A stretch of 58,799 nt of DNA from a virus (lineage: Duplodnaviria > Caudoviricetes): the IMG/VR virus record IMGVR_UViG_3300046779_002192, positions 1-58,799 of that record; one strand, 5' to 3'. Of this stretch, positions 36,943-45,633 are shown piece after piece (within the stretch, counting starts at the first letter, position 1; every line of letters starts with the position of its first letter). Below the pieces are notes generated by a model, which was not told where the DNA came from, ran no database searches, and saw only the letters and a program-made list of their open reading frames with translations. A program made the position numbers and the translations under genes.

Positions 36943-38923
36943 TTGTTAATTCACTAATTGTTTGTTGATATTCTGCACAATTTGGTAGGAAGAATTGCAT
37001 AGAAAATTGTTTTTGTAATACTTCTTTTTTCAAAGTATAAGTTTGTGAGTTAGTGGTAAATTCAGTATAACTCTCATCATTATGCCATACAGTAGATGAA
37101 GCATTGAAAGATATTAGTAAATTATTGTTTTTCAAATCAATACTATATTGAACATCCTCTGGAATGCCCGAACCATCTCTGTCTGCGTAAACTAGTCTAT
37201 TTTCATTCCACTTTATCTTTTCAAATACTTGTTTTCTAACACACATAAACCCAGATGTTTGTAGGTAAGGCAAGTAATTTGGACTCTCATAATCAACTAA
37301 TATATGAGGCTCGATTAATGCTCTGTCCCAATGTCTTGTACCATCTGGGTTTAATATTCTGCTGCCAAGAACATCCCACCCATTTTTCATAGAATAAGAT
37401 ATGGTATTATATAACCAATATTTATCTAAAATTATATCATCGTCACACCAAACAATAACGTCATACTTTGCGACTTCTGCTGCTTTGTTTCTAAGAGAAG
37501 CAACTTTTCTTGAGTGTGCATCTTCTTTTCTATCTACTAACGTTACACCGTCAATATGTCTAAAATTATCAATATCTCCACAAATTATAATTTCTATTGG
37601 TTTATCTGTTTGTGATTTGATTGATTTAATTGTTAGTTCTGTTTTGTCTGGTCTTTTACCATTGGTTGGTATACAAAAAGAGATTCCATTAAAGTCTTGT
37701 GGTTTTAGAGTAGATTTTCCTATAACACAATCTACAAAAGATTGATTTATTTTGCTTTGTTCAAATTGTGTTGCAATGTGGGTTGCTAATCTTTTAGCTT
37801 GTCCACGAAATCTATCACAATTTTTATAAACTTCTCTCATTTGTTCTTTTGCAGATAACGCTATTGGGAATGCCCACATAGTATCCTTCTCTAATACCCC
37901 ATTCCATACTGCTTCTTGTTGTACGGGTTGAAGAGTGAAACTAACTCTAGCAAAATGTGGTTTAATTTTTCCTTCTTTATTTGGACAATACATAAAATCT
38001 GTAGGACCAGACCATTCGGTAGTTATAACTGGGAGTCCATAATATGCTGCTTCAAATATTGGAAGCCCATATCCTTCTCCATGTGATAAAGATATCAAAG
38101 CTTTAATTTTAGAGTGTGTATAAAGCCCTGCCATTTCTTCTTCTGACATATCCCCATGAAGCAGATATACCTTGCATTTTGCATCTTTGTGATTGTTTAA
38201 AATATTGCGAATATTTGCAGCAGCAAATTCTCTGTCAATATGTGAAGCACCACCTATATGTGTTTTACATACCAATCCTACGTTTGCATCGTTCTTAAAT
38301 TCTTCTAAAAACCATTGAATGGTATTACCAAGATTCTTGCGTGGACCTAATTGAGCTACGGTAAGAAAGTTAAAATCTGTTGTTAATTGTAAGTCTATAT
38401 CTTTTGGAGAAACTTGTTTAACAGGATAATTGACTACTTCAATTGGGATATTTACTTTAAAATTTGGTATCTGCTGACCTGTTCTTTGGTCTGTAGCTGT
38501 ATAAACACCGTTTTCAAAACCTTTTTTGGCAAAGCTTGAAACCACGATAATCTTGTCCATCTGATTCGATGGTTGAACCCAATGTGGAGAAATTTTATTT
38601 GTTTCAATGCCAGCAGTATAACCTATGTTGATAGGTGCCATTTTCTTCCATTCATTTGGAATGGTAATTTGTAATGACATATCATATTGTGGTTGATTAT
38701 TTGTTGCTTGTATATACTGCGAGGTTTTCATTGCTAAAGAATCAATCCACGCACGCTCTTCGCTATCATCGTGAATCCATCCACATTGTCCCCAAGCTGT
38801 TGGGTTCACATAAATATCAAATAAATCTTCTCTTGAACGCAATGCTCTAAGAGCAAAACGAGATTGCTCACCATATCCAGAGGCCGTTAATAGTGGACCT
38901 GTAACTAAAATCTTTTTTTTCAT
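36935..38923 (-). CDS. Two-domain glycosyltransferase (GT4 N-terminal, GT2 C-terminal)
   Basis: SGYG...R, RKN, EGYGLPIFEA (GT-B/GT4), then ISFCIPT, RNKAA..AKYDVIVWCDDD, EDV (GT-A). Start at ATG 38923 (ATGA overlap). Confidence 0.85.
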   Translation of the reverse strand: MKKKILVTGPLLTASGYGEQSRFALRALRSREDLFDIYVNPTAWGQCGWIHDDSEERAWIDSLAMKTSQYIQATNNQPQYDMSLQITIPNEWKKMAPINIGYTAGIETNKISPHWVQPSNQMDKIIVVSSFAKKGFENGVYTATDQRTGQQIPNFKVNIPIEVVNYPVKQVSPKDIDLQLTTDFNFLTVAQLGPRKNLGNTIQWFLEEFKNDANVGLVCKTHIGGASHIDREFAAANIRNILNNHKDAKCKVYLLHGDMSEEEMAGLYTHSKIKALISLSHGEGYGLPIFEAAYYGLPVITTEWSGPTDFMYCPNKEGKIKPHFARVSFTLQPVQQEAVWNGVLEKDTMWAFPIALSAKEQMREVYKNCDRFRGQAKRLATHIATQFEQSKINQSFVDCVIGKSTLKPQDFNGISFCIPTNGKRPDKTELTIKSIKSQTDKPIEIIICGDIDNFRHIDGVTLVDRKEDAHSRKVASLRNKAAEVAKYDVIVWCDDDIILDKYWLYNTISYSMKNGWDVLGSRILNPDGTRHWDRALIEPHILVDYESPNYLPYLQTSGFMCVRKQVFEKIKWNENRLVYADRDGSGIPEDVQYSIDLKNNNLLISFNASSTVWHNDESYTEFTTNSQTYTLKKEVLQKQFSMQFFLPNCAEYQQTISELTNA

Positions 38924-40173
38924 TTTATTTCTATAAGCTCCCATGCTTTATAGGCTTTATTAGGCCACGAACCTTTTCTTTCGTAGGTATCGGTAAAAAT
39001 TTTGTCCCAACGATTGATAAAGTCTGTAAAGTTAAAATTGTCTATAACATGCTGTCTTCCTGCTTGTCCAATCAATTTTCTTGTTTCTTTTGGAATATCT
39101 GTAAAAGTGTTTAATGCACCAACCATCTGTTCTTCGCTTATTCTATCTTCATAAATATAAGGAACCTCTTGAGAGCCTATAACTCCCTGTGAGGCTGGTA
39201 GTATTTCAATGCCATATAATTGGTTTCCATTTCTAACTTGGTCTTGTAGCCCTCCTGTTTTAGTAACAATGATTGGTGTTTCACAAGCAAGTGATTCAAG
39301 AGTAGCAAGACCAAATCCTTCTGCATCTGAGATGTTTATTGTGGCATCTGCAACATTATAAAAATATGCCAGATTCTCTGGTGGTACTTTTTGCTCAGAA
39401 ATAAGAACTTCACGATTTATAAGTCCTAATTCAGCCATTATAGCATGAAGGTCTTGTCCATGCACATCTTTGGGGTCAGTATGCATAATGAGTGTTGCTT
39501 TCTTTTCAGTTTGTTTTAAGAATTGAGCAAACCACCAAATTAAAGAACCAGATTGCTTACGACGAGCATTTCTATTATTCCAGAAAAATATAAATCTATC
39601 ATCATCAATCTTTAAATTATCACGTTTAAATTTCAAAATAGCTTCGTCTGGTAGTTTTTTGAAGATATCCGTATTAACAGCATGAGGAACATATGTTTTC
39701 TCGACTTCTGGGGAAACGTTAGCAACGATATCATCGGTAAGCTTACTAATAGTTGCTATGTGGTCATTTGATAAATAGAATTTTCGGTTAAAGCTTGGGT
39801 ATGGGTAATTATCCCAAACGTGATAATAGACCATTGGTACGTTTGGTCTAATTTCATTTTCCATTTGCCACAACCAGCCCCAAAAGCGTGGGTCAGTCAT
39901 AAACCAAACAATATCTGGTTTCTCTGTACGAAGGATAGAACGAACTATATCTTGTGTTCCATAGCCGTCTACAGGAAAGATAAGCCAATCGTCACCCCAT
40001 TGTTCAGTCTTTTGTGGTCTATAGTCTGGGTGTTTAATAGCACCTCCAAGGCTCAAGACCTTATACTTTCCTGTTTTTAACATACCCTCAATGATATACT
40101 TAGATTGGGTTCCGACACCAGAGGGTGACATTGGGTGGTCGGATAGTGTTAATATCTTAATTTTTTTATCCAT
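38920..40173 (-). CDS. Glycosyltransferase family 4 (GT-B)
   Basis: SDHP..PSGVG, VPHAVN, RNARRKQ, EGFGLATLESLAC.TP.I....GG. Confidence 0.88.
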   Translation of the reverse strand: MDKKIKILTLSDHPMSPSGVGTQSKYIIEGMLKTGKYKVLSLGGAIKHPDYRPQKTEQWGDDWLIFPVDGYGTQDIVRSILRTEKPDIVWFMTDPRFWGWLWQMENEIRPNVPMVYYHVWDNYPYPSFNRKFYLSNDHIATISKLTDDIVANVSPEVEKTYVPHAVNTDIFKKLPDEAILKFKRDNLKIDDDRFIFFWNNRNARRKQSGSLIWWFAQFLKQTEKKATLIMHTDPKDVHGQDLHAIMAELGLINREVLISEQKVPPENLAYFYNVADATINISDAEGFGLATLESLACETPIIVTKTGGLQDQVRNGNQLYGIEILPASQGVIGSQEVPYIYEDRISEEQMVGALNTFTDIPKETRKLIGQAGRQHVIDNFNFTDFINRWDKIFTDTYERKGSWPNKAYKAWELIEIK

Positions 40174-40180
40174 GTGATTC

Positions 40181-40963
40181 CTATTTTGGACAATGCTCTG
40201 TATTGTTAAACTCGCAGTTTGAGCAAGCAAGTTTGTTCTTTACATACGTACCATTTTTAATGTTGTGAATAGCCTTTGTCAAGAGGGTATTAGCATTTTT
40301 TGTCTTTTTTTCTCCGCTAGATACCTTGAACAGTTCAACTTGGCTCTTCTTAGCAGTACGCTTGAGAAGCGCAAAATGAGTTTCAATCATATCGGGGTCA
40401 ATATTGTGCTTCTGTGCAAAATACTGCTTATAGAATGTAAGCTGATAAGTGGTCATTGGAGCAGTCTTCTTTTGAATGTCCCAGCCCCAACTGCAAGTCT
40501 TCCAATCGATGATATGATACTTACCATCGGAAGTTTTAATTACTGCATCGATAAAACCCTTGAATAGAAACTCAAAGTCAAGATTATTAATCTTTTCCAT
40601 AAGTGTTTCTTCGGTTGACACCACCTCATATTCGCCAAAATACTTTTCCATAGCAGGATAAACGTCTGCGAGAATACCTTTGGCTTGTGTCTTCATTTCA
40701 TTTACAAGCTTTTCAGATTTACTATTGTCCAAAATATTAATAGCGGACACCTCTCTAACAAAAACCTCAAGAAAATACTCGTAAGCCTTTTCCTTGTCGA
40801 TTTCTTTGAGAAGTGTCCGCTCATTAGTTTCATGAATAGCGGTTCCAAATACAGTATATTCGTTAGAATTAAAAACCTTGATTTTATCAACGTATTGAAG
40901 CTTGTGCTTAAAAGAACATTCATCCCAAACCTTGAGTTCGGAGAATGAGATATGAGAACTCAT
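40181..40963 (-). CDS. PD-(D/E)XK exonuclease, Cas4/RecB-like, with a probable Fe-S cluster
   Basis: SFSEL....C, GTAIH, GFID, IIDWKT, YQL..Y, C-terminal CxxC.....C. Confidence 0.85.
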   Translation of the reverse strand: MSSHISFSELKVWDECSFKHKLQYVDKIKVFNSNEYTVFGTAIHETNERTLLKEIDKEKAYEYFLEVFVREVSAINILDNSKSEKLVNEMKTQAKGILADVYPAMEKYFGEYEVVSTEETLMEKINNLDFEFLFKGFIDAVIKTSDGKYHIIDWKTCSWGWDIQKKTAPMTTYQLTFYKQYFAQKHNIDPDMIETHFALLKRTAKKSQVELFKVSSGEKKTKNANTLLTKAIHNIKNGTYVKNKLACSNCEFNNTEHCPK

Positions 40964-40985
40964 ATGACCTTCCAGTTAGATATAT

Positions 40986-41014
40986 ACTATATCACCATTG
41001 GTCTTCTGAGTCAA
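40986..41014 (-). promoter_or_regulatory. Sigma70-type promoter TTGACT-N17-TATAGT with extended -10 TG
   Basis: Directly upstream of the exonuclease/glycosylation operon. Confidence 0.6.
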
Positions 41015-41660
41015 CACTTAATTCTTCAAAATACTCTGGTCTTGCTAATTGAATTATAGCTTTATATGCTTTTGGTGATATTTTCTTTACCAATACCACC
41101 TCTTTCATGAAGTAGTGTTCAAAAGCGTTGGCAAAATATTCTCTTACTGATGTTGCACCATATGGAGAGCAAAATAAACCAGCAGTAAGGGTCGTTAATA
41201 TTGGATACCCTATCTCTTCGTACAAATACATATCAAATTTTTCATTATATTCAATATTCTCAAAATTTTGCTTGGTTACATCGTACCCATTCATTGCTAA
41301 TATTTCTTTTAGCTTTTTTCTCTTAGCTAAGAACTCATTATTGATAGAATTATCAGAATAAATATCAAAATTTGTTATTTCTTCAATCGAATGTGCTAAT
41401 TCATGGATAAAATCATCTAACATATCGTCTGTACTGGTCTGTACATTGGAAATGTACATAGCTCCATCCATAAATGCCGCGTTAAATGCTTTTTTCTTTA
41501 ACTTATCAAATTGACCAACGTAAATTACATCTAATCCAGAAAATAAATGCGACGGTATTCTTTTTTTAAGTTTATACAAAGCAGCATCTAAATCTATTTC
41601 TTTTGGAAGTTCATCTTTTATATAAACTGTGATTCCATTAATAAAAGTTTTTTCTTTCAT
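40992..41660 (-). CDS. Putative zincin-like (HExxH) metallopeptidase
   Basis: FIHELAHSIE plus downstream Y.AT..REYFA.AF. Start moved to ATG 41660 to avoid overlap with the upstream gene. Confidence 0.6.
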   Translation of the reverse strand: MKEKTFINGITVYIKDELPKEIDLDAALYKLKKRIPSHLFSGLDVIYVGQFDKLKKKAFNAAFMDGAMYISNVQTSTDDMLDDFIHELAHSIEEITNFDIYSDNSINNEFLAKRKKLKEILAMNGYDVTKQNFENIEYNEKFDMYLYEEIGYPILTTLTAGLFCSPYGATSVREYFANAFEHYFMKEVVLVKKISPKAYKAIIQLARPEYFEELSVDSEDQW

Positions 41661-41697
41661 ATTGCTTTTTGTCTTTTCGCTACTTTCTTTTATATAA

Positions 41698-41976
41698 TTA
41701 CGTAAGTTCAACTGGCTCTTGTTCGCTGACATTTGTTGCCCCACCTTTAAGCGGTCCATAATCTACATCATAAAGGGCTTGTTGGTAGCCACGAATGAAG
41801 TTTTCCTGTGCAAGAGCTAATACAAACTCTGGAAATTCTTCTGCCATTGCCTCAACAACCATTTCTACGGTGATTTCACCATTTTCTGGTGTGTACTTGT
41901 CACCAACATAATTAACAAGCCATTCTTTCATAGGATTTACAGCCTCAACTGTTTCCTTAAGTGTATCGTTTTCCAT
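41698..41976 (-). CDS. Hypothetical protein (92 aa)
   Basis: SD GAGG; clean ORF in the operon. Confidence 0.7.
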   Translation of the reverse strand: MENDTLKETVEAVNPMKEWLVNYVGDKYTPENGEITVEMVVEAMAEEFPEFVLALAQENFIRGYQQALYDVDYGPLKGGATNVSEQEPVELT

Positions 41977-41985
41977 TTTAACCTC

Positions 41986-43299
41986 TTATAGTATCTTTGA
42001 AGCAAGTGTAGCGACCTTAGAACGCTCACCTGTCATTAATGTTATATGCCCAGCCAAATCATATGGCTTAAATTTCTCTGCAACGTAGGTAAGACCGTTT
42101 GTAGTCTCGTCAACGTATACATTGTCAATCTGCTCTATATCACCCGTTAGAACCACCTTGGAGTTCTCTCCAACGCGAGTGATGATGGTTTTAATCTCAT
42201 GCATGGATAAGTTCTGTGCCTCGTCTATGATGATATAGGCGTTCGCTATTGAGCGTCCACGAATATATGTGATTGCTTCAATTTCAATAACTCCTTTCTG
42301 CATATACATTTCAAGAGTTACTTTATCATTACCCATCAAAAATTGCAAGTTGTCTTGAATTGGACGAAGCCAAGGAGACATTTTCTCTTCTAAAGTACCC
42401 GGAAGGAAACCAATGTCCTTGCCCATAGGTTGAACAGGGCGAGAAACAATCAAACGAGAGTATTTATTGTCTACTCCGATTGTTTGTTCCAATCCAGCGG
42501 CAATGGCTAACATTGTTTTACCACAACCTGCTTTGCCTACAATAGAAACTAATGGAATATCCGTATTCATCAATAAATCAAGAGCAAAATTTTGTTCTTT
42601 GTTTCTTGGTTTAATATTGAAAACACCTTTTTTACCAAGATTTGCTAATTTTGATAATGGTTGATTTGGTCCGACATATTTTGCTAGTGCCGTTTTCTTA
42701 TTATCATATGAAGAAATAAGCATTAGATACTGATTTGGAAACAATCTCTCTTTTTGTTCTGGCAATTCCATTCTTTCGTTTGAATAAAACCTGTCAATAA
42801 ATTCATCATCAACCAAAACGTCTGTAAATCCATGAAATAAGCTTGAACCAGACTCTACTACTTTCTCTGGATTGCAATCTTCCGATTCCATACCAATAGA
42901 GTCACAAACAACTCGCATATTAATATCGTTAGAAACAACGATAACTTTTCTAGAATCTGTTTTTTCACTCAAAGCTACTGCTAGGATTTGATGGTCTGGT
43001 ACATCTAGGTCTAATTCTGGTGGGAATTCCATATTTGGATTATATCCCTTGACTCTAAGAACTCCTTTTCCTTTACCAAGTCTAATACCTTCATACAATG
43101 AACCTCTAGTACGAAGCGAGTCCAAGAACCGAATAACAGTTCTTGCACTCGCTCCAACTAAATCTTGGCGTTTTTTGTGCTTATCTAATTCTTCCAATAC
43201 TTTGATTGGAATAAGAATATCGTTGTTACCATAGCTATTAACACAATCTGTATCTGTAATCAATGCGCTAGTATCTAGCACGTATGTTTTCTTTGCCAT
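41986..43299 (-). CDS. phoH: PIN-PhoH fusion protein (PhoH2/YlaK-like)
   Basis: N-terminal PIN (VLDTS, VLEELD, D..IL, SNDIN+R); C-terminal PhoH ATPase (GKAGCGKT, RP, GFLPG, RGRS, DEAQN, TR, GD..QID). Confidence 0.92.
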   Translation of the reverse strand: MAKKTYVLDTSALITDTDCVNSYGNNDILIPIKVLEELDKHKKRQDLVGASARTVIRFLDSLRTRGSLYEGIRLGKGKGVLRVKGYNPNMEFPPELDLDVPDHQILAVALSEKTDSRKVIVVSNDINMRVVCDSIGMESEDCNPEKVVESGSSLFHGFTDVLVDDEFIDRFYSNERMELPEQKERLFPNQYLMLISSYDNKKTALAKYVGPNQPLSKLANLGKKGVFNIKPRNKEQNFALDLLMNTDIPLVSIVGKAGCGKTMLAIAAGLEQTIGVDNKYSRLIVSRPVQPMGKDIGFLPGTLEEKMSPWLRPIQDNLQFLMGNDKVTLEMYMQKGVIEIEAITYIRGRSIANAYIIIDEAQNLSMHEIKTIITRVGENSKVVLTGDIEQIDNVYVDETTNGLTYVAEKFKPYDLAGHITLMTGERSKVATLASKIL

Positions 43300-43317
43300 T
43301 TATCTCTCGATGTACAT

Positions 43318-43349
43318 TAAATAGTATTATCTTAATAAATGGTTGTCAA
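43318..43349 (-). promoter_or_regulatory. Overlapping sigma70 promoter (TTGACA-N17-TACTAT) and late motif CTATTTA upstream of phoH
   Basis: Minus strand reads TTGACAACCATTTATTAAGATAATACTATTTAATG. Confidence 0.55.
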
Positions 43350-43353
43350 TGCG

Positions 43354-43860
43354 TTAAAGTCTTTTTGGGAAGATTTTATTTGCTATTTTTCTTCTCTCTT
43401 CTTTTCTATCTTCTATGTTTGCTGGTTTCATAATCTCTTCGGCAAAAACTGCACTTAATTCTGGTATTTCTTCTCCATTTTCATTAAGGGCAAATAATTT
43501 ATCATTTTTCAATATCTGTATACCAATAACGTTGGTATTTGTATATATGTTTCTTCTATCATCTACTGATAAGTTTTTTCCAAGACCTTTTTTATGTAAC
43601 TGAAAGGCTCCAACTGCCTTACCACCATCACCAATTGCATCTGGGTTTAAGCTACTTTCTGCAATTGCATTAACTATTGCAGCAGCAATAATATTTTGTG
43701 GTATTTCTAATTGCGTTAATTCCTCTTCAATAGTTTCTGATACTTCATATTGCTCTATTGTTAATCCTTTTGCAACATCGGTCACAGAAGCTTCACATTG
43801 CCCTGTATCCACTTCTATTTTTGGTTCTTGAATACAACCAAAAAGTAAAAATAATAACAT
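43354..43860 (-). CDS. Lipoprotein with a phage-tail-lysozyme/transglycosylase-like domain
   Basis: Lipobox MLLFLLFGC; AAIVNAIAESSLNP.A.GDGG..VGAFQ with the catalytic Glu motif; SD GGAGG. Confidence 0.65.
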   Translation of the reverse strand: MLLFLLFGCIQEPKIEVDTGQCEASVTDVAKGLTIEQYEVSETIEEELTQLEIPQNIIAAAIVNAIAESSLNPDAIGDGGKAVGAFQLHKKGLGKNLSVDDRRNIYTNTNVIGIQILKNDKLFALNENGEEIPELSAVFAEEIMKPANIEDRKEERRKIANKIFPKRL

Positions 43861-43882
43861 GCCTGTTCCTCCTTTGGCTATG

Positions 43883-43889
43883 TAAGTAG
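43883..43889 (-). promoter_or_regulatory. Putative late promoter variant CTACTTA
   Basis: Intergenic AACTACTTACATAG upstream of the lysozyme-like lipoprotein. Confidence 0.45.
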
Positions 43890-43892
43890 TTG

Positions 43893-44483
43893 TTAATCGT
43901 GGAAGACGGCTGTATCATACCCGTAGCGAACTTTGGCCTTGAGTGCAAAACTACTATTAGTAATCTGCTTTACTGCTTCATACATCATAATATTAGCAGT
44001 TTGACTAGTGTTTAAACAAAACCCAGCACCGGGCATGGGAATATAAATCTTCTCACTATTAGCCAAAATTTCTGTTGGAACTCCTGTTGTCTCATTACCA
44101 ACTACAATACAAATATGTCCATGACGAGTAACAGCATCAACAAAATCATAAGAATGAATGTTCTTAGCTTCATCATCAAGCTCCGCTGAAATAACTTTCA
44201 TTTTTGTCTGGCGTGCGTAATCAAGGAATTGCGAAGGTGTTGAATATTGATGCATATTCACATAATGATTTAGAGTGCCAGATTTTCTACGCAATTCCTC
44301 ATAATTTGGAAGAGAACCAATAACATGCAGATTCTCTGAGCCAAAACAAGCAGCGGTGCGAATTAGGTATGCTAGGTTTTCATCACATTGAAAGTTAATA
44401 GCACATAGAGAAATTGGAAAATTTGTAACAAATCCATTTGCAATCTTCTCATTATATCGCTTACGACGAGTTTTGGTACGCAT
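43893..44483 (-). CDS. SpoU/TrmH-family (SPOUT) RNA 2'-O-methyltransferase
   Basis: N.A..IRTAACFG (motif 1), VVGNETTGV (motif 2), IPMPG...CLNTSQT.NIMMYE (motif 3). Start at ATG 44483 with SD AGGAG. Confidence 0.88.
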   Translation of the reverse strand: MRTKTRRKRYNEKIANGFVTNFPISLCAINFQCDENLAYLIRTAACFGSENLHVIGSLPNYEELRRKSGTLNHYVNMHQYSTPSQFLDYARQTKMKVISAELDDEAKNIHSYDFVDAVTRHGHICIVVGNETTGVPTEILANSEKIYIPMPGAGFCLNTSQTANIMMYEAVKQITNSSFALKAKVRYGYDTAVFHD

Positions 44484-44505
44484 TTTGCTCCTTTTAAATA
44501 AAAAA

Positions 44506-44569
44506 ATTCCTATTGACCATCTGACTTTCACAGATTGCACGGTTGGGAGCCGTGGGGCGCAATAGGAAT
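44506..44569 (-). other. Multibranch structured RNA / terminator-like element between the lipoprotein and SpoU genes
   Basis: 10-bp outer stem ATTCCTATTG/CAATAGGAAT enclosing two 5-bp hairpins (CACGG/CCGTG and ATCTG/CAGAT), followed by a T-run on the minus strand. Confidence 0.55.
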
Positions 44570-44583
44570 CTTATTCTACTTTA

Positions 44584-44808
44584 TTACTTTGCGCTAGTAG
44601 TAGTTGCGGCTGGTGTAGTTGTGACTACAGTTGCTGGTGTACCTGCGGTTGCTTCTGTGGTTGCGACCACGGTAGTTACAGTCTCAGTCTCTGTTGTAGG
44701 TGCTGGTGTCGCCTCGACAACAACTGGTGGTGTAGCAACTGGTGCTACTGGTTCTGCTGCCTTCTCTGGTGTGCAAGCGAGAAGAGCGGTCATAATAAGT
44801 GTAAACAT
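44584..44808 (-). CDS. Small Thr/Ala/Pro-rich lipoprotein
   Basis: Lipobox MFTLIMTALLAC; low-complexity T/A/P/V tail; SD AAGGA. Confidence 0.75.
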   Translation of the reverse strand: MFTLIMTALLACTPEKAAEPVAPVATPPVVVEATPAPTTETETVTTVVATTEATAGTPATVVTTTPAATTTSAK

Positions 44809-44826
44809 GTTTTTTTCCTTTTTATA

Positions 44827-44928
44827 TTATTCAGCAGCTTGTGCAGAATCTGCAACGCTGTCAACTCCGCTAGAATCTTCCTTTCCAGCGGTACATCCAA
44901 TTAGGAGTGCTAAAATCAAACTAATCAT
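44827..44928 (-). CDS. 33-aa lipoprotein (MISLILALLIGCTAGKEDSSGVDSVADSAQAAE)
   Basis: Below the ORF-track cutoff; SD GGAG; lipobox LIGC; ends in TAA. Confidence 0.7.
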   Translation of the reverse strand: MISLILALLIGCTAGKEDSSGVDSVADSAQAAE

Positions 44929-44981
44929 CTTCTTTCTCCATTTTATATATTTTATATATCAAACCCGTTACAAGGGCCATG

Positions 44982-44988
44982 TAAATAG
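44982..44988 (-). promoter_or_regulatory. Putative late promoter motif CTATTTA
   Basis: Intergenic, upstream of the two small lipoprotein genes. Confidence 0.45.
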
Positions 44989-45072
44989 CCATAAAAGTAT
45001 AAAAATACTTTTCATTAAGCAATATTTCTATTGCAATTATAAATAATAAGTCAATAATTTTATAGAGCATAG

Positions 45073-45163
45073 TGGCGGAAAGGGTGAGATTTGAACTCAC
45101 GGTTGGGTATTAGCCAACGACGGTTTTCAAGACCGCTACCATAAACCACTCGGTCACCTTTCC
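45073..45163 (-). tRNA. trnS: tRNA-Ser(UGA), long variable arm, encoded CCA
   Basis: Acceptor stem GGAAAGG/CCTTTCC, anticodon arm GCGGT-CTTGAAA-ACCGT, variable arm GTTGG/CCAAC, T arm GTGAG-TTCAAAT-CTCAC, ends G-CCA. Confidence 0.95.
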
Positions 45164-45174
45164 AATACTCCACT

Positions 45175-45202
45175 ATTATATCCATTCTTAAACTAATGTC
45201 AA
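45175..45202 (-). promoter_or_regulatory. Consensus sigma70 promoter TTGACA-N16-TATAAT driving tRNA-Ser
   Basis: Perfect -35 and -10 hexamers; the -10 box ends 11 nt before the tRNA 5' end. Confidence 0.8.
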
Positions 45203-45633
45203 GAAGTTTTTTTACCCTCAATTGTTTTGGCATTAGAAATCAAATCTGATGATGATTGAATCTTCTCACCACCACAACGCCAAATAAGGGTTACACCCAT
45301 TTCCTTGCACAATTCAACTTCTGGGGTGTTACCGCTAATCCTATCACCACCATTTGCAAAATAAGTTGGTTTATGTGTTCTAATTGCTTCACAAACAGAA
45401 CCATCCGAATCATCTACGGGCACTACTTTAGTAACACCTTTGATAGCACTCAAAATTTCTGCTCTTTCTTCCCATGACATAAATGGTTTACCTTTTTTAC
45501 GAGTTAGCCATTCATCTGAGTTTGCGACAACGATAACATCTCCATATTGTGATGCTTCCAAAATCATTCTTACATGACCTTTGTGGATTGGGTCAAATCC
45601 ACCAGAAACCATTACTGTATCATAAGCTCCCAT
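45199..45633 (-). CDS. Cytidylyltransferase-like HIGH nucleotidyltransferase (TagD/RfaE-II/RibL-like)
   Basis: VSGGFDPIHKGH, VVANSD..L.RKKG.PFM..EER, ANGGDR, SSS. Confidence 0.88.
   Translation of the reverse strand: MGAYDTVMVSGGFDPIHKGHVRMILEASQYGDVIVVANSDEWLTRKKGKPFMSWEERAEILSAIKGVTKVVPVDDSDGSVCEAIRTHKPTYFANGGDRISGNTPEVELCKEMGVTLIWRCGGEKIQSSSDLISNAKTIEGKKTS

Noticed and set aside
26136-40173. Bacterial chromosomal O-antigen/capsule locus or a host-contig chimera
   Set aside because: Genes are translationally coupled to flanking phage genes on the same strand, and wzx, wzy and ABC transporter genes are absent.
40181-40963. CRISPR-Cas system suggested by the Cas4-like nuclease
   Set aside because: No repeat-spacer array or other cas genes are visible; solo Cas4-like exonucleases are common in phages.
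44506-44569. Firm call as an HDV-like/theta ribozyme or canonical SAM/SAH riboswitch
   Set aside because: HDV P1.1 and P2 pairings cannot be completed, and the SAM/SAH ligand-binding loop nucleotides are not conserved; kept only as an unclassified structured RNA.
44543-45046. 167-aa plus-strand ORF with V/A/T repeats
   Set aside because: Mirror of the two minus-strand lipoprotein genes, which have SDs and lipoboxes.
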